From a virus: a stretch of DNA of 64,000 bases. The stretch's first letter is position 1. Every line of letters begins with the position of its first letter. The position numbers and the translations under genes are program-made. The notes below the pieces were generated by a model. The model was not told the origin of the DNA. It searched no databases and saw only the letters and a program-made list of their open reading frames with translations. This document shows, piece after piece, positions 11,281 to 20,956 of this stretch. Location: positions 32,001-96,000 of IMG/VR virus record IMGVR_UViG_3300035171_000016; one strand, 5' to 3'.

Positions 11281-11848
11281 TATTTCTTTTTATACTTAAA
11301 TGTTCTAGAATTGTAATTTCAAATAAACTAGATATAATAAAAATATATAATATTATTTTCTCGGAAAGAGAAGTTGATAAAATTGGATTAACTAGAAAAT
11401 ATAAAAAATTTAAAGACTTTCTATTTCCTGAATTATAGTATCTATATTAACGGTCTTTTTACCGTTTAATTTTGTATTTAAGAAAATAATTTTTAATACT
11501 TCCTCTCTACAGGCATCCCAGCCATCAGAACATAAAAACACCTGTTCTTTATTTAAATCTTGTTCTTGATTATTATTGTATTTATTAAACCATTCTTTAA
11601 AATTCATAATTATTTCCTTTTTTCAAAAAAAACTTCAAGGCATCTAAATTGCCTAAAAATAGATATTTCGTTAGTATATCCATAAACCTTTCCAGTTTCC
11701 AAATCTATATTTAAATTATTAATATGATTACAATGGCCAATTTCAAAAAAATAAAAATTTGATTTTGAATAAAATCTACAGTCTTTACAAAGTTTTATAT
11801 CTTTAATGTATTGTTTATCAATATCCATAAGAAAGTATAAGGTTTATA

Positions 11849-12646
11849 CTATCTTTTGTCAATTTTTATTTCGTTTCCGGTGCAAGATTTATTATTAACC
11901 TTAAAGCAATCAATTTTATCAGAGAAGATTTGAAATTTATTATTAATACAGCCAGTATTCGTAAACTGATTTACTTGTGCCATAAATATACCAAATTTAT
12001 TATTGTTTAAGTTAATATTTAAAAATTTATTATTGCTACTGTTTCTTATAAAAATTGCAGTATCATTACTATATATAAAACAATTAGAAAATACATTAAA
12101 ATTAAAGTTATTATCAAGAGATATGCCCGCAGCCAAATTCCCTTTTAAAGATATATTATAAAAGAAACTATTAGTAGTTTCGTAAAATGCCGCGCCATCG
12201 TATTCGTTATTTTCTGACGTTAAATTATTTATCTGTAGATTATCAACTCCTAAAGTAGTTACTATGCCGCCAGACTTACAGTTTTTAATATTAATATTGG
12301 ATAATCTTACGTTTTTACAGTTTTGAATAAAGATGCCGTCATTATTAATGATTCCTCGGTTAGTTTTTTTGTACAGTTCTTTAGATTGGTTTAATCTATT
12401 TCCGTCAATAGTAATATTATTTATTAAAATGTTAGTTATCGGTTCTCCATATTCGTTACCAATTATAATTAGGGGACAATCTGATTTACCGTTTAATATT
12501 AAATTTAAGTTGGTTAGTTTAATATTGCTATTAGTTATTAATATCGGAGAGTTTAAATATATTACTTCTTGAAAATTAAATATAGGATATAAACATAAAA
12601 AAACAATAGAAAGAAAAATTATTTCTATTGTAATATTCTTTAGCAC
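11849..12646 (-). CDS. Membrane-anchored right-handed beta-helix (pectin lyase-like) protein
   Basis: N-terminal TM segment; Asn/Ile-rich repeats ITIDGN, DGIFI, AGISLD. Confidence 0.75.
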   Translation of the reverse strand: MLKNITIEIIFLSIVFLCLYPIFNFQEVIYLNSPILITNSNIKLTNLNLILNGKSDCPLIIIGNEYGEPITNILINNITIDGNRLNQSKELYKKTNRGIINNDGIFIQNCKNVRLSNINIKNCKSGGIVTTLGVDNLQINNLTSENNEYDGAAFYETTNSFFYNISLKGNLAAGISLDNNFNFNVFSNCFIYSNDTAIFIRNSSNNKFLNINLNNNKFGIFMAQVNQFTNTGCINNKFQIFSDKIDCFKVNNKSCTGNEIKIDKR

Positions 12647-14292
12647 ATGATATTTACACTATTAATCTTAAATATTATGAAGCGCAGCCGGTAGTTGCAT
12701 TTTTCTCTACCCTTTCTATACCATAAAGCTTAATATTTTTAATTGCAGCATTATAACCGTTGGCAAAAGCAAATAATAAAGTTGGTTCGTAGTTGGTAGA
12801 TTTTGTAGAATCTAGGGTTGCTTTCCATTCTTCTTTATACATATCTACTTTTTGTTTTGTATTATTAGGATTTAATTTTTTCATAATTTATCAGGGTCAT
12901 AACCTTCTGTAATCATGTCATATTTTGGAACTTTAACATTCTTATCTGGTTTGCAACGGTCTGGATATAATACTATTTTAGGATTATTCTCTATAATCTC
13001 GGCTATCAAATTAACAATTTCCTCGGGGCCAAATACCGATTTCCAATCACAAGTTTCGGAAATTTCAGAAACTTTATCCATATAAAGCTGAAATAATTTT
13101 TCTTTATTAATTTTCATATTTTAGGCATCCCATCCATTATCTGAATAATAACTACGTTTTGGTCTTGTATTTTCTTCTATTTTAGATACTTTTTTTATTA
13201 AAATTTCTTCTAATTTTTTAATTCTATTATATAAGCTTTCTATAACTTGTATAGGAATAACAACTATTTCGGACGATTTTATTAATGGCGGCTCATCATT
13301 AATAATCATAAAATTATATTTTAGGATATATATTATTCTTAACTATTAGAATCATAAAACCGGCAATAGCTACAATTAGAATTATATTATGACTCATTAT
13401 TTTATTGCTTCTAAAATTTTACCTAACATTTCAAGTCTCCATTTTTTATCACCCGGATGCTCATTTTGCGCCCATTCATGGTCATAGTCTTTTTTTATTT
13501 CTTTTAAAAGGCTACGATATTCTTCTTTTTCTTTTTTTATTTGGTTAAAATCTTTTTTTAATTCGGTGCATACACCTTCTATAATTTGAATTACCTGTTC
13601 CGAGTTAAGAATTGATAATTTTGCAATTTCATGGTAAAGAACGGCGTCTAAGTTATTTATTGTAGTTTTCATATTTAAAATTAATGTTTTCTATCTTCAT
13701 CTAGCCAGCCTAACCAACCGGCAATAATAAAAATTAATAATCCAATCAAAAATAACGCCCCAACATATTTAACAGTAAAAGTAGCTATTAGTGCGGCATA
13801 ATCAGTATTCATATTTTTTTAAGATATTATAAAGTTTTCTTAATTCTTCTATTCTTTCTTTATAAGAACAATTGCAAAATTCGGTATTATGATAAGAACA
13901 TAAATCCGTATGAAATGCGTAATTTTCAATAAAAGAGCGAGACTTTTCTAAAAACTCTTTTATTTCTAATAAATCTTTAAATTTACAATTGCTATCTGCC
14001 ATAATAAATATTATCTAGGAATAACTTTTCTTTTTAATCTATTAGCGTCTCTCCTAGATGCCCCCTCTTGCTTTTCAACTTCGCATAAAGAGGCCTTTTC
14101 TAGAAAATCAAGAGCGGTTATATAAACTTTATTAAAAAAATTTTCAGAAGAGAATCCGGGTTCAATATTGGTAAACTTAATACCATATATCTTAGACCAT
14201 GAATAGGCCGTTTTCTTAATTTTATCGTTGTCTACAAACTTTTCCATAGAAAAGAGTATAGTATAGAACTACTAGGAAGTCAAATAAAATAA

Positions 14293-14541
14293 TTACTTCT
14301 TATTTTGACCCATTTGATGGCCAAAATAGAAAGATATTACGCTAACAGTTAAATTTGCTAATACATCCGGTATTACCTTCGTCATAAATGCTAATATACA
14401 AATAGTTAAAACAAGAAAAATTGCAATAAGACCTCTAACAGAGAGACTTCCAATTTTAGAACCATCATTTTGAGATACTTGAGCTACATCTGTAGTGTCG
14501 GCAACTTTAGGCGTACTAGTAGTTTGTGTTTCGTCTGGCAT
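14293..14541 (-). CDS. Holin-like 2-TM protein
   Basis: Two TM helices ending VISFYFG. Confidence 0.5.
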   Translation of the reverse strand: MPDETQTTSTPKVADTTDVAQVSQNDGSKIGSLSVRGLIAIFLVLTICILAFMTKVIPDVLANLTVSVISFYFGHQMGQNKK

Positions 14542-14784
14542 AAATATCCTATATATTAAATATTACACCTAATTATTATCTTTTTTATCTTTGTTTTTAT
14601 CTTCTTTATTAATTACTTTATCGTTAATATCAGGTATATATTGAATATTTGCCATTTTTAACCAATTTTGGTGAACTAGACTATAAAAATATTTATCATT
14701 ATCTTCTGGACAATTTTGAATCATATAGGAATATTACATTAAATAAAGTGTAAATAAACAAAAATAATAGATTATTATACATTT

Positions 14785-15081
14785 ATGCCAAGAATTTTAT
14801 TAAATATAACCGTGAATAATACGCCACAACAAATTACTGGCGCACCCACATTCTTTAGAACGGCTTCGTTTTTTGGTATTAGTGGCTTTAATTCCAATGG
14901 AACACCTAAAAATAATATTCAAACCGTTTATGTAGGTACTGTTTCTGGTGAATGCCCTATGGTAGCGGCGGCTGGCAGTAGTTTTGTTTACAATACCCAA
15001 ACAGATAGAGAAAGAGAAAATTTAGGTAATTGGTTTTATCAAGGAACTACTGGAGACGGATTATATATTGTTTATAATTAA
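14785..15081 (+). CDS. Hypothetical beta-rich protein
   Basis: Plus-strand ORF preceded by a GTGTAA motif. Confidence 0.55.
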   Translation: MPRILLNITVNNTPQQITGAPTFFRTASFFGISGFNSNGTPKNNIQTVYVGTVSGECPMVAAAGSSFVYNTQTDRERENLGNWFYQGTTGDGLYIVYN

Positions 15082-15274
15082 AATGAGATTTAATTTAGCA
15101 GTACTAATAATTCCTGCTATTTTAATGCTTTCTGGTTGTGTTATAGTTTCAAAAAATAGAGTATTTCCTAAAGTTGACTGGTATTGGTCAAAAGACGCAA
15201 TAAACCAAAGACAAGATATAATTGCCGAAAAACAATACGAAAAATCCTATGAAACAAATAAAATAAGTAAATAA
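15068..15274 (+). CDS. Small lipoprotein
   Basis: Signal peptide with lipobox LSGC. Confidence 0.55.
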   Translation: MFIIKMRFNLAVLIIPAILMLSGCVIVSKNRVFPKVDWYWSKDAINQRQDIIAEKQYEKSYETNKISK

Positions 15275-15529
15275 TTACTTATCTTTTTTATGTTTTAACT
15301 GGTCTTGAAGAACAGCCATTTGAACTTTTAGATTATTTATTTCGCTATTGGCTTTTTGGATTTCTTGTTCTTTCTCGTTTATATGAGACCAAATTAGAGT
15401 TTGGGTATCTTTTTGCTTGTGGTTTTCATTATATAAATCAGTTAGTCCGCCAATTAAAGCTAATATAGAGCCCCAAGAGATAGCGTGGGACTTATATTTT
15501 CTATATAATCTTTTGGTTTGTTTTACCAT
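15275..15529 (-). CDS. Membrane-anchored coiled-coil protein
   Basis: N-terminal hydrophobic segment followed by a coiled coil. Confidence 0.5.
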   Translation of the reverse strand: MVKQTKRLYRKYKSHAISWGSILALIGGLTDLYNENHKQKDTQTLIWSHINEKEQEIQKANSEINNLKVQMAVLQDQLKHKKDK

Positions 15530-15567
15530 CTATAGGAATTACACCTATAAATGGCAAAATTTGATTA

Positions 15568-16200
15568 CTATTGAGCTAAGAACCAGAACCAATCTGGATG
15601 ACCTAAATGCTTAATAGTTAACGCTACAGGCATGGGAAGAGGCTCCTTATGGTTAAATAAAGGCTTTAAGCCTAACTCTTCCAAAGGTTTATTTCCACGC
15701 TTACTATTAATTTCGGCATCTACGAACATAAGATTTTCAAAAGTATCTTTTCCGCCGTGACTTTTGGCCTGCTTATGTTCAAGATTTCCTCTTTTAAAAG
15801 GAATTTTCTTGCCAGAATAGCCACATCTTCCGTCCTGCTTCTCGTAAAAGTACATTTTAGTTGGCCTAAACCTTTTTTTAGGTATTTTGCCATAATTTGT
15901 AACGATTACTGAAGGGCAACGAATTGTTAGTTTTGAAGTTCTAACTACATTATCTATTCCGACTCTTGGCTCAACCATTAACCATTCTTCAAAATCTAAA
16001 GCTTGGTAATAATCTAATTCGTTTAAATTTAATGAGCCGTCCTCATTTTTCTTATAAACGACATCAATAGCCTTTGCGGTAATAGTATAGTCGTTAGACT
16101 GGCTATTAAGCGCGACTAAAGCCTTCTTTGGTGAAAGAGTGCCGATACACTGGTAGCCTTTATTCAAGACTAATACTGATGATTTATTTAAATAGTCCAT
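15568..16200 (-). CDS. HNH endonuclease (McrA-like, VLVLN N-terminus)
   Basis: VLVLNKGYQ, CGYSG, NLEH...SHGGKDTFENL...NSKRGNK. Confidence 0.85.
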   Translation of the reverse strand: MDYLNKSSVLVLNKGYQCIGTLSPKKALVALNSQSNDYTITAKAIDVVYKKNEDGSLNLNELDYYQALDFEEWLMVEPRVGIDNVVRTSKLTIRCPSVIVTNYGKIPKKRFRPTKMYFYEKQDGRCGYSGKKIPFKRGNLEHKQAKSHGGKDTFENLMFVDAEINSKRGNKPLEELGLKPLFNHKEPLPMPVALTIKHLGHPDWFWFLAQ

Positions 16201-16440
16201 GTTATACTAGTTTCTATTTTATTTTTATTTAATTTGTCCCATTGTTTTAATGCGTAATATATTCTTTTAGTCGCGCTTCCAATTCTTTCTTTAGAAATAT
16301 CTCCGTGTGCATGAATTGTGCTTCTTAGTGCCCCGACAATAGCTTTTTCTAAACTTCCGCGTTTGTTTGTATTAAAATTAAAATTGTTCATTTATTAATA
16401 AAAAATAATAGATAAATATTAAAATGTCAAGAAATTAATT

Positions 16441-16691
16441 GAAACGCAGCCATAATCGCCGTTCTGTTTTATCTCTACATTTATCTCACTTTTCAGTGGC
16501 TAATCTTTATGATTAGCTGCTCCAACCTTTCCTTTACATCGGCCAGCACTAGCCTTTGGAACTTTAGGATTACTGCTAATTTGTGGTATTAATGAACGGG
16601 TGCAAAAGCAAGTACCGTTCTCCCAACATCTGCTATGCAGAGGCGAATTTCCTCAAATCATTTCTGACTTGCGTAGAGTCGCTTACGTTTC
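16441..16691 (-). ncRNA. rnpB: RNase P RNA (compact, about 251 nt)
   Basis: P1 GAAACGUA/UGCGUUUC. P2 CUCUAC/GUAGAG. P3 AAGUCA-GAAA-UGAUUU. CR-I GAGGAAAUUCGCC (16654-16642) pairs with CR-V ACAGAACGGCGAUUA (16467-16453) to form P4 with the bulged U. CR-IV AGAUAAAUG. P18 CACU-GAAA-AGUG. Confidence 0.88.
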
Positions 16692-17144
16692 AAAATTTAT
16701 TTTTTCTATAGTAGCGTCTGGATAAATAATTATAATTTTTTTCTTCATTTTCACAGCATACCTTTTGGTAGACCATGTTCCTGACCTAAGTTGTTCAATT
16801 TTTTCTTTAGGACAAACAATTAATAATTCAGATTCGTTAACAATATCTTTATTTCTATCTAAATACGGTTTTGACGGCAAAATTGTTTTAGCTTTACAAA
16901 AGGCTCGTTTAACCTCATTAATTGGTGGATGAATAATAATTTTTCCTAAAAATTTATTCTTATTTTGAATAAAATAAAAAACAGATAAATTATGAGCATC
17001 ATAATCAGCCCCTAAACAATCTCCATGATGAAATTCTCTACAGTCTAACGTAAACAAAAAAATAAAAAATATATTCTTTTGTTCCTGAGTCATTCCTGCC
17101 TGTGTTCCAGTAAATCCTATAACCATATAATTTATAATTTCCAA
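16683..17144 (-). CDS. SLOG superfamily (YspA/DprA-like) nucleotide-binding protein
   Basis: IGFTGTQ, HHGDCLGAD, RNKDIV and RSGTWST motifs; its stop codon lies inside P1 of the RNase P RNA. Confidence 0.75.
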   Translation of the reverse strand: MEIINYMVIGFTGTQAGMTQEQKNIFFIFLFTLDCREFHHGDCLGADYDAHNLSVFYFIQNKNKFLGKIIIHPPINEVKRAFCKAKTILPSKPYLDRNKDIVNESELLIVCPKEKIEQLRSGTWSTKRYAVKMKKKIIIIYPDATIEKINFET

Positions 17145-17560
17145 TTATCTTGATTATCCTCAAGTCTAGAATTAAACCATCCATAAAAACCAGAAGGAAA
17201 AGAGGCAAATATAATAGACATAAAAATACAAAATAATACTCTAATAGGCCACAATGCTACCCATCCAACCCACCAAGTTATAGTTTTTTTAGTCATATAA
17301 ATATGATAATATTGTTATTTTAAAAAGTCAAGATATATAAAAACAAAAAATCCATCAGAAACTAATCTGATGGATTTGATTTATTAAAAAAATTTATGAC
17401 AATTGTTTTATTACATTTGCCGCAAGATATTGTATCTGGAATAAATCCGGTAGTAGCCCATTTTTGAAAATGGCCGCATTTACATTTTAATTTAAATTGA
17501 GGAACTTGGCCGTATACACCGACCTTGCGACTTCTAATTCTTATTGCGTTTTTCATAAAA

Positions 17561-17635
17561 TGGAGGGAATGGCTGGACTTTAACCAGATTATCTTCTTTA
17601 CGAAAGAAGTGCATCAACATAAATGCTTCAAACCC
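17561..17635 (-). tRNA. tRNA-Thr(CGT), U-U mismatches in acceptor stem
   Basis: Cloverleaf; anticodon arm CTTCT-TTCGTAA-AGAAG; encoded TCCA. Confidence 0.8.
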
Positions 17636-17639
17636 GTAA

Positions 17640-17714
17640 TGGAGGGAAAGCCGGAACTTGCATCCGGTTGACAATATTACCAATATTGCGTTTTACTATA
17701 TAAACCACAATCCC
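17640..17714 (-). tRNA. tRNA-Thr(GGT), U-U mismatches in acceptor stem
   Basis: CAATA-TTGGTAA-TATTG; encoded TCCA. Confidence 0.8.
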
Positions 17715-17945
17715 ATTTAAGCTATCCAGACATCAATCTATAATTACATCCGTATTTTTCTTTAAAAACTTCGTTTTCTTTTTTACCATGAACTTTTGGC
17801 CAGCCTTGTTCTTCCCATATAATACAATACTCGCAAATACCATGAATAATAATCAAATCACGCCCGCATTCTGGACACTGATTTTTTAGATAATATTTGC
17901 GTCCAAAAGTAAAATCTTTCATATATTTAATTATGTTAGGTAACA

Positions 17946-18025
17946 TGGCGAAGTTGGCGAGAGTCGAACTCGCATAATTTCCAATTATGCACTTACTGTT
18001 TAGGAAACAGAGCCATTACAACTTC
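17946..18025 (-). tRNA. Non-canonical tRNA-Arg(CCT) with D-loop relocated 3' of the anticodon arm
   Basis: Acceptor GAAGTTG/CAACTTC; T-arm GCGAG-TTCGACT-CTCGC; anticodon loop TTCCTAA; only 7 nt before the anticodon stem; GCCA end. Confidence 0.75.
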
Positions 18026-18054
18026 AAAATTAATAATAATTAAAATAACTTCCT

Positions 18055-18336
18055 TTACCATAAATGAGAAAAATCAATCTCTCTGGTTCCAACTTGAATG
18101 CCTATGCTCCCATTTAGAGTCGAAAGATGCGTGGCCGTTAGAAAAGAAAAGAAAAGAAAAGAAAAGAAAAGAAAAGAAAAGAAAAGAAATGAACTATGAT
18201 TAGGACATTCAAAATAGAATAGGTCATTCCCACTTCTTTCTCCAGTTAAGGGGTCGAACTTGATTTCCACAGAATACTCTTTTATAATAAGAGGGCTTCT
18301 GCATTTCTCACAAAAAACATCAGATTTAGTTTTCAT
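18055..18336 (-). CDS. Small Zn-ribbon protein containing a pentanucleotide repeat tract
   Basis: CEKC...CPNH followed by (TTTTC)9. Confidence 0.5.
   Translation of the reverse strand: MKTKSDVFCEKCRSPLIIKEYSVEIKFDPLTGERSGNDLFYFECPNHSSFLFFSFLFFSFLFFSFLTATHLSTLNGSIGIQVGTREIDFSHLW
18141..18185. repeat. (GAAAA)9 simple sequence repeat
   Basis: Nine perfect tandem units. Confidence 0.95.
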
Positions 18337-18352
18337 ATTTTGTTTTATAAAA

Positions 18353-18444
18353 TGGCGGATACAGAAGGGGATGCTCCCTCACTGGCTGTTAAACCAGAAC
18401 ACTTTAGCAAAGTGCCGCGCCAAGCTGATATGCGCCTTGTATCC
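18353..18444 (-). tRNA. tRNA-Ser(GCT)
   Basis: GCACT-TTGCTAA-AGTGT; long V-arm; G73; CCA. Confidence 0.9.
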
Positions 18445-18448
18445 AAAA

Positions 18449-18533
18449 TGGTAGCCACGGGGAGATTCGGACTCCCAAACCCATCCGGTTTAAGCGGATA
18501 TGCTGTTCCAGTTCGCAATGAGGGCACGCGGCC
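18449..18533 (-). tRNA. Atypical tRNA-Leu(TAA): 8-nt insertion after position 9, no V-arm hairpin
   Basis: ATCCG-CTTAAAC-CGGAT; A73; CCA. Confidence 0.8.
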
Positions 18534-18803
18534 ATTAAATTAACAAAATAAATACCTATAATATACTACCATCAAAACAAAATACAGAACTAATCCGGTA
18601 ACATATAATATTAGTTTAATTAAATCTTTAGAACTTATATTTTGTTCATAAAAATTATTTTCTTTTTCTGGTGGATATTTTGACCAATAATCTCCATCTG
18701 TTTTATACCATCCATCAAGAATGGCGCGATTACGATGTTTTTCTATCCAAGGTTCTTTCATATAAAAAGTATAATACTTTTATGCTTTAAAGTCAATACA
18801 AAT

Positions 18804-18878
18804 TGGTGCGCCTAGATGGTAACAATCCATCTTCTTTCGGGTAAGGGCCGATTGCTTCATCATTAAAGCTTTAAGCGC
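18804..18878 (-). tRNA. tRNA-Lys(CTT)
   Basis: Anticodon loop CCCTTAC (C33); ACCA end. Confidence 0.8.
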
Positions 18879-18882
18879 AAAA

Positions 18883-18961
18883 TGGTAGGCGATGCAAGGT
18901 GGGAACTTGCGGCATTTTCTTTGTAATAGAAATAGTCTTAACCCGTCTGACGTAATCGCCC
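18883..18961 (-). tRNA. tRNA-Val(TAC)
   Basis: TTTCT-ATTACAA-AGAAA; ACCA end. Confidence 0.8.
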
Positions 18962-18968
18962 ATAAAAT

Positions 18969-19046
18969 TGGTACTTCTACTATGTTACCAGCATAGATAA
19001 TTAGATTCAGAGTCTAATATAATTAAGGTATTTATATTATAGAAGT
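18969..19046 (-). tRNA. tRNA-Gln(CTG), divergent
   Basis: TTAGA-CTCTGAA-TCTAA; all stems pair; ACCA end. Confidence 0.7.
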
Positions 19047-19052
19047 ATGAAA

Positions 19053-19130
19053 TGGAGGACACGGGGAATTGGCTGCTCCCATAATGCTCATTACAAATAA
19101 GCTACTTTAAGCCATTTAAGCTACGAGTCC
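19053..19130 (-). tRNA. tRNA-Thr(TGT)
   Basis: GCTTA-TTTGTAA-TGAGC; TCCA end. Confidence 0.75.
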
Positions 19131-19660
19131 ATTAAAAATTATATTCTCTTTCGCTAATTAAAATTCCGTCTCTATAAACTTTGAACCAATCATAGGGCTG
19201 GCTTAATACAAAATTTTCACATTCAATAAAAGTATCTCTATACTCTTCTATTAAATCTAATCCTCGAATTTTGAGTTTAATTAAATATCGTTTCATAAAC
19301 ATCCACTATAATATTCTTCCCACATACCCTTCCAATATTTATCATTTTCTTCTTGGCATACTGGACATAAGATTGCAAAATTACTTTTATCTTCAACGTA
19401 ATTAGTATTTTGGCGACGTTTTATCGCACCTAACTTATTACAACAATCGCATCTAAGTTTTCTTTTCATTTAAATTAAATTTTGAATTAGGATTAGTATA
19501 ACACCATTCACATTGGACTTGAATTTGTATTTGTTCTCCATATTCATTATGAGTAGTTAAGTGTCCTACATACCATCCAACATTATCACAGTGAGGACAG
19601 TCTTGCCCCTCCTTATTACAATGCGAGCCATTTACAAATGTTGTTGGCTCAAACATAAAT

Positions 19661-19737
19661 TGGTCGCTAATCTTGGAATTAAACCAAGTAACTTGTCTTT
19701 ATGAGAGACAAAGCTCAATCAGTTGCGTTTATTAGCG
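19661..19737 (-). tRNA. tRNA-Met or Ile2 (CAT)
   Basis: TGTCT-CTCATAA-AGACA; ACCA end. Confidence 0.8.
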
Positions 19738-20167
19738 TTTATTAGCGTTTTTTAACTTCGTTTACTTTTACTTTGTAAATTTTAAATTTATTATTAGGTA
19801 ATTTAATCTTAAATGTAAATCCCTTTCCGTATGGTAGATATTTCCCATTAAAATTAATTTCTTTTATTACCCTATATTTTCTATTATAAGAACGATTTAG
19901 CTCTGCTTGTAATCCACAAAGAACTTTATCTCCGAGGGTCAAAGATATTAAATCTGGAATATATTCATTATCAAATTTATTCATAATATAATTCGGTTAT
20001 AAAATAGTTAATGATGGCAACAGCTTCCCACCATAGTAAACATAGAGAAAATAGCAATCCATGATAAGTTAATAGATATATCTTTTAAAATCTTTTTGAT
20101 TTCGTTAAATTGTTTATCGTTCATGTATTGATATTAATATAAAAAATATAAGAAGTCAATATTAAAA

Positions 20168-20243
20168 TGGCCCGGTTTATCCGAGTCGAACGGATTTCTC
20201 CTCCTCTTCAGGGAAGATACATGACCCCACATTAGCAAACCGG
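20168..20243 (-). tRNA. tRNA-Phe(GAA), atypical D region
   Basis: CTTCC-CTGAAGA-GGAGG; T-loop TTCGACT; GCCA end. Confidence 0.75.
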
Positions 20244-20247
20244 AAAC

Positions 20248-20323
20248 TGGCGCGGGTTTCGCTTGAATTGAAATGTATCAACTCAACCAAGTTCCTTTTG
20301 TCTAACTTGGAATAGGAGCCCGC
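20248..20323 (-). ncRNA. 76-nt CCA-terminated tRNA-like RNA without a recognisable T-arm
   Basis: GCGGG/CCCGC terminal stem, G-CCA end, two internal hairpins; spaced like a tRNA within the array. Confidence 0.55.
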
Positions 20324-20328
20324 ATAAA

Positions 20329-20405
20329 TGGTACAGTCGGTAGGAGTTGCACCCACATAATTCTCCTTAGAACGGAGTTCCCTAATCTATTCGAGGCACG
20401 GCTGC
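20329..20405 (-). tRNA. tRNA-Arg(TCT)
   Basis: Anticodon loop GTTCTAA; A20; ACCA end. Confidence 0.85.
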
Positions 20406-20412
20406 ATTAAAA

Positions 20413-20490
20413 TGGACGACCTATCTAGTCGGGAGCTAGAAAATAGACTTTCAAAGAGTCCTGTGTTTAACCCACTTACACTATAGGTCG
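20413..20490 (-). tRNA. tRNA-Gln(TTG)
   Basis: GGACT-CTTTGAA-AGTCT; its 5' end overlaps the last codons of the HNH ORF. Confidence 0.8.
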
Positions 20491-20889
20491 AGCTTTGTGT
20501 GGACAGGTTCCGCCGTTAATTTGCCTACCACAATTACAATTAAAGCATAAAATTCGATAACCGGATGGAAAATTATTTCTAATGATATTAATTAATATAT
20601 TTCTAGAGCCGTTAAATTTTTTTCTTTCTTTGTTTCCGTTATTATTAATATGGTCAACCGTAAGAAATTGATAAGTATCTTCCCCGCAGCATTCACATTT
20701 ATTGCCATAGTGTTCTATTACAGTTTTTCTTATTTTGTTGCAATATCTTTTTGAATTTTCTTTGTAATTGGGGTCTGATTTTGAGCGACATTTCCAGCAT
20801 ACAGAGCGAAATAATGGCTCTCCATTTTCCTTATAATTTGCTATTTCCGCATCTTTTTCTTTACATATTTTACATTTTGGTCTATTCAT
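20476..20889 (-). CDS. HNH endonuclease
   Basis: CECCGE...LTVDHINNNG...YRILCFNCN. Confidence 0.85.
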   Translation of the reverse strand: MNRPKCKICKEKDAEIANYKENGEPLFRSVCWKCRSKSDPNYKENSKRYCNKIRKTVIEHYGNKCECCGEDTYQFLTVDHINNNGNKERKKFNGSRNILINIIRNNFPSGYRILCFNCNCGRQINGGTCPHKARPIV

Positions 20890-20956
20890 AATGGTATTTA
20901 CACTAAATCCATACCACTTTATAAAATATTAAAAAATGATTGTATATATCTATTAT

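Noticed and set aside
17946-18025. Amber suppressor (CTA) reading of the TTCCTAA loop, and genome recoding
   Set aside because: A 7-nt loop centres on CCT. Conserved genes are intact in code 11, and TAG/TGA terminate ORFs normally.
18260-18543. Track ORFs overlapping tRNA genes (also 22773..23018, 25573..25794, 26444..26641 and the 5' extension of 26335..26778)
   Set aside because: They are by-products of tRNA sequences or antisense to real genes.
19725-19750. Short repeats (GCGTTTATTA x2.5; TTTA tract near 44600; TATCTC tract near 21600) as a CRISPR array
   Set aside because: They are simple tandem duplications without spacers, and no cas genes were seen.
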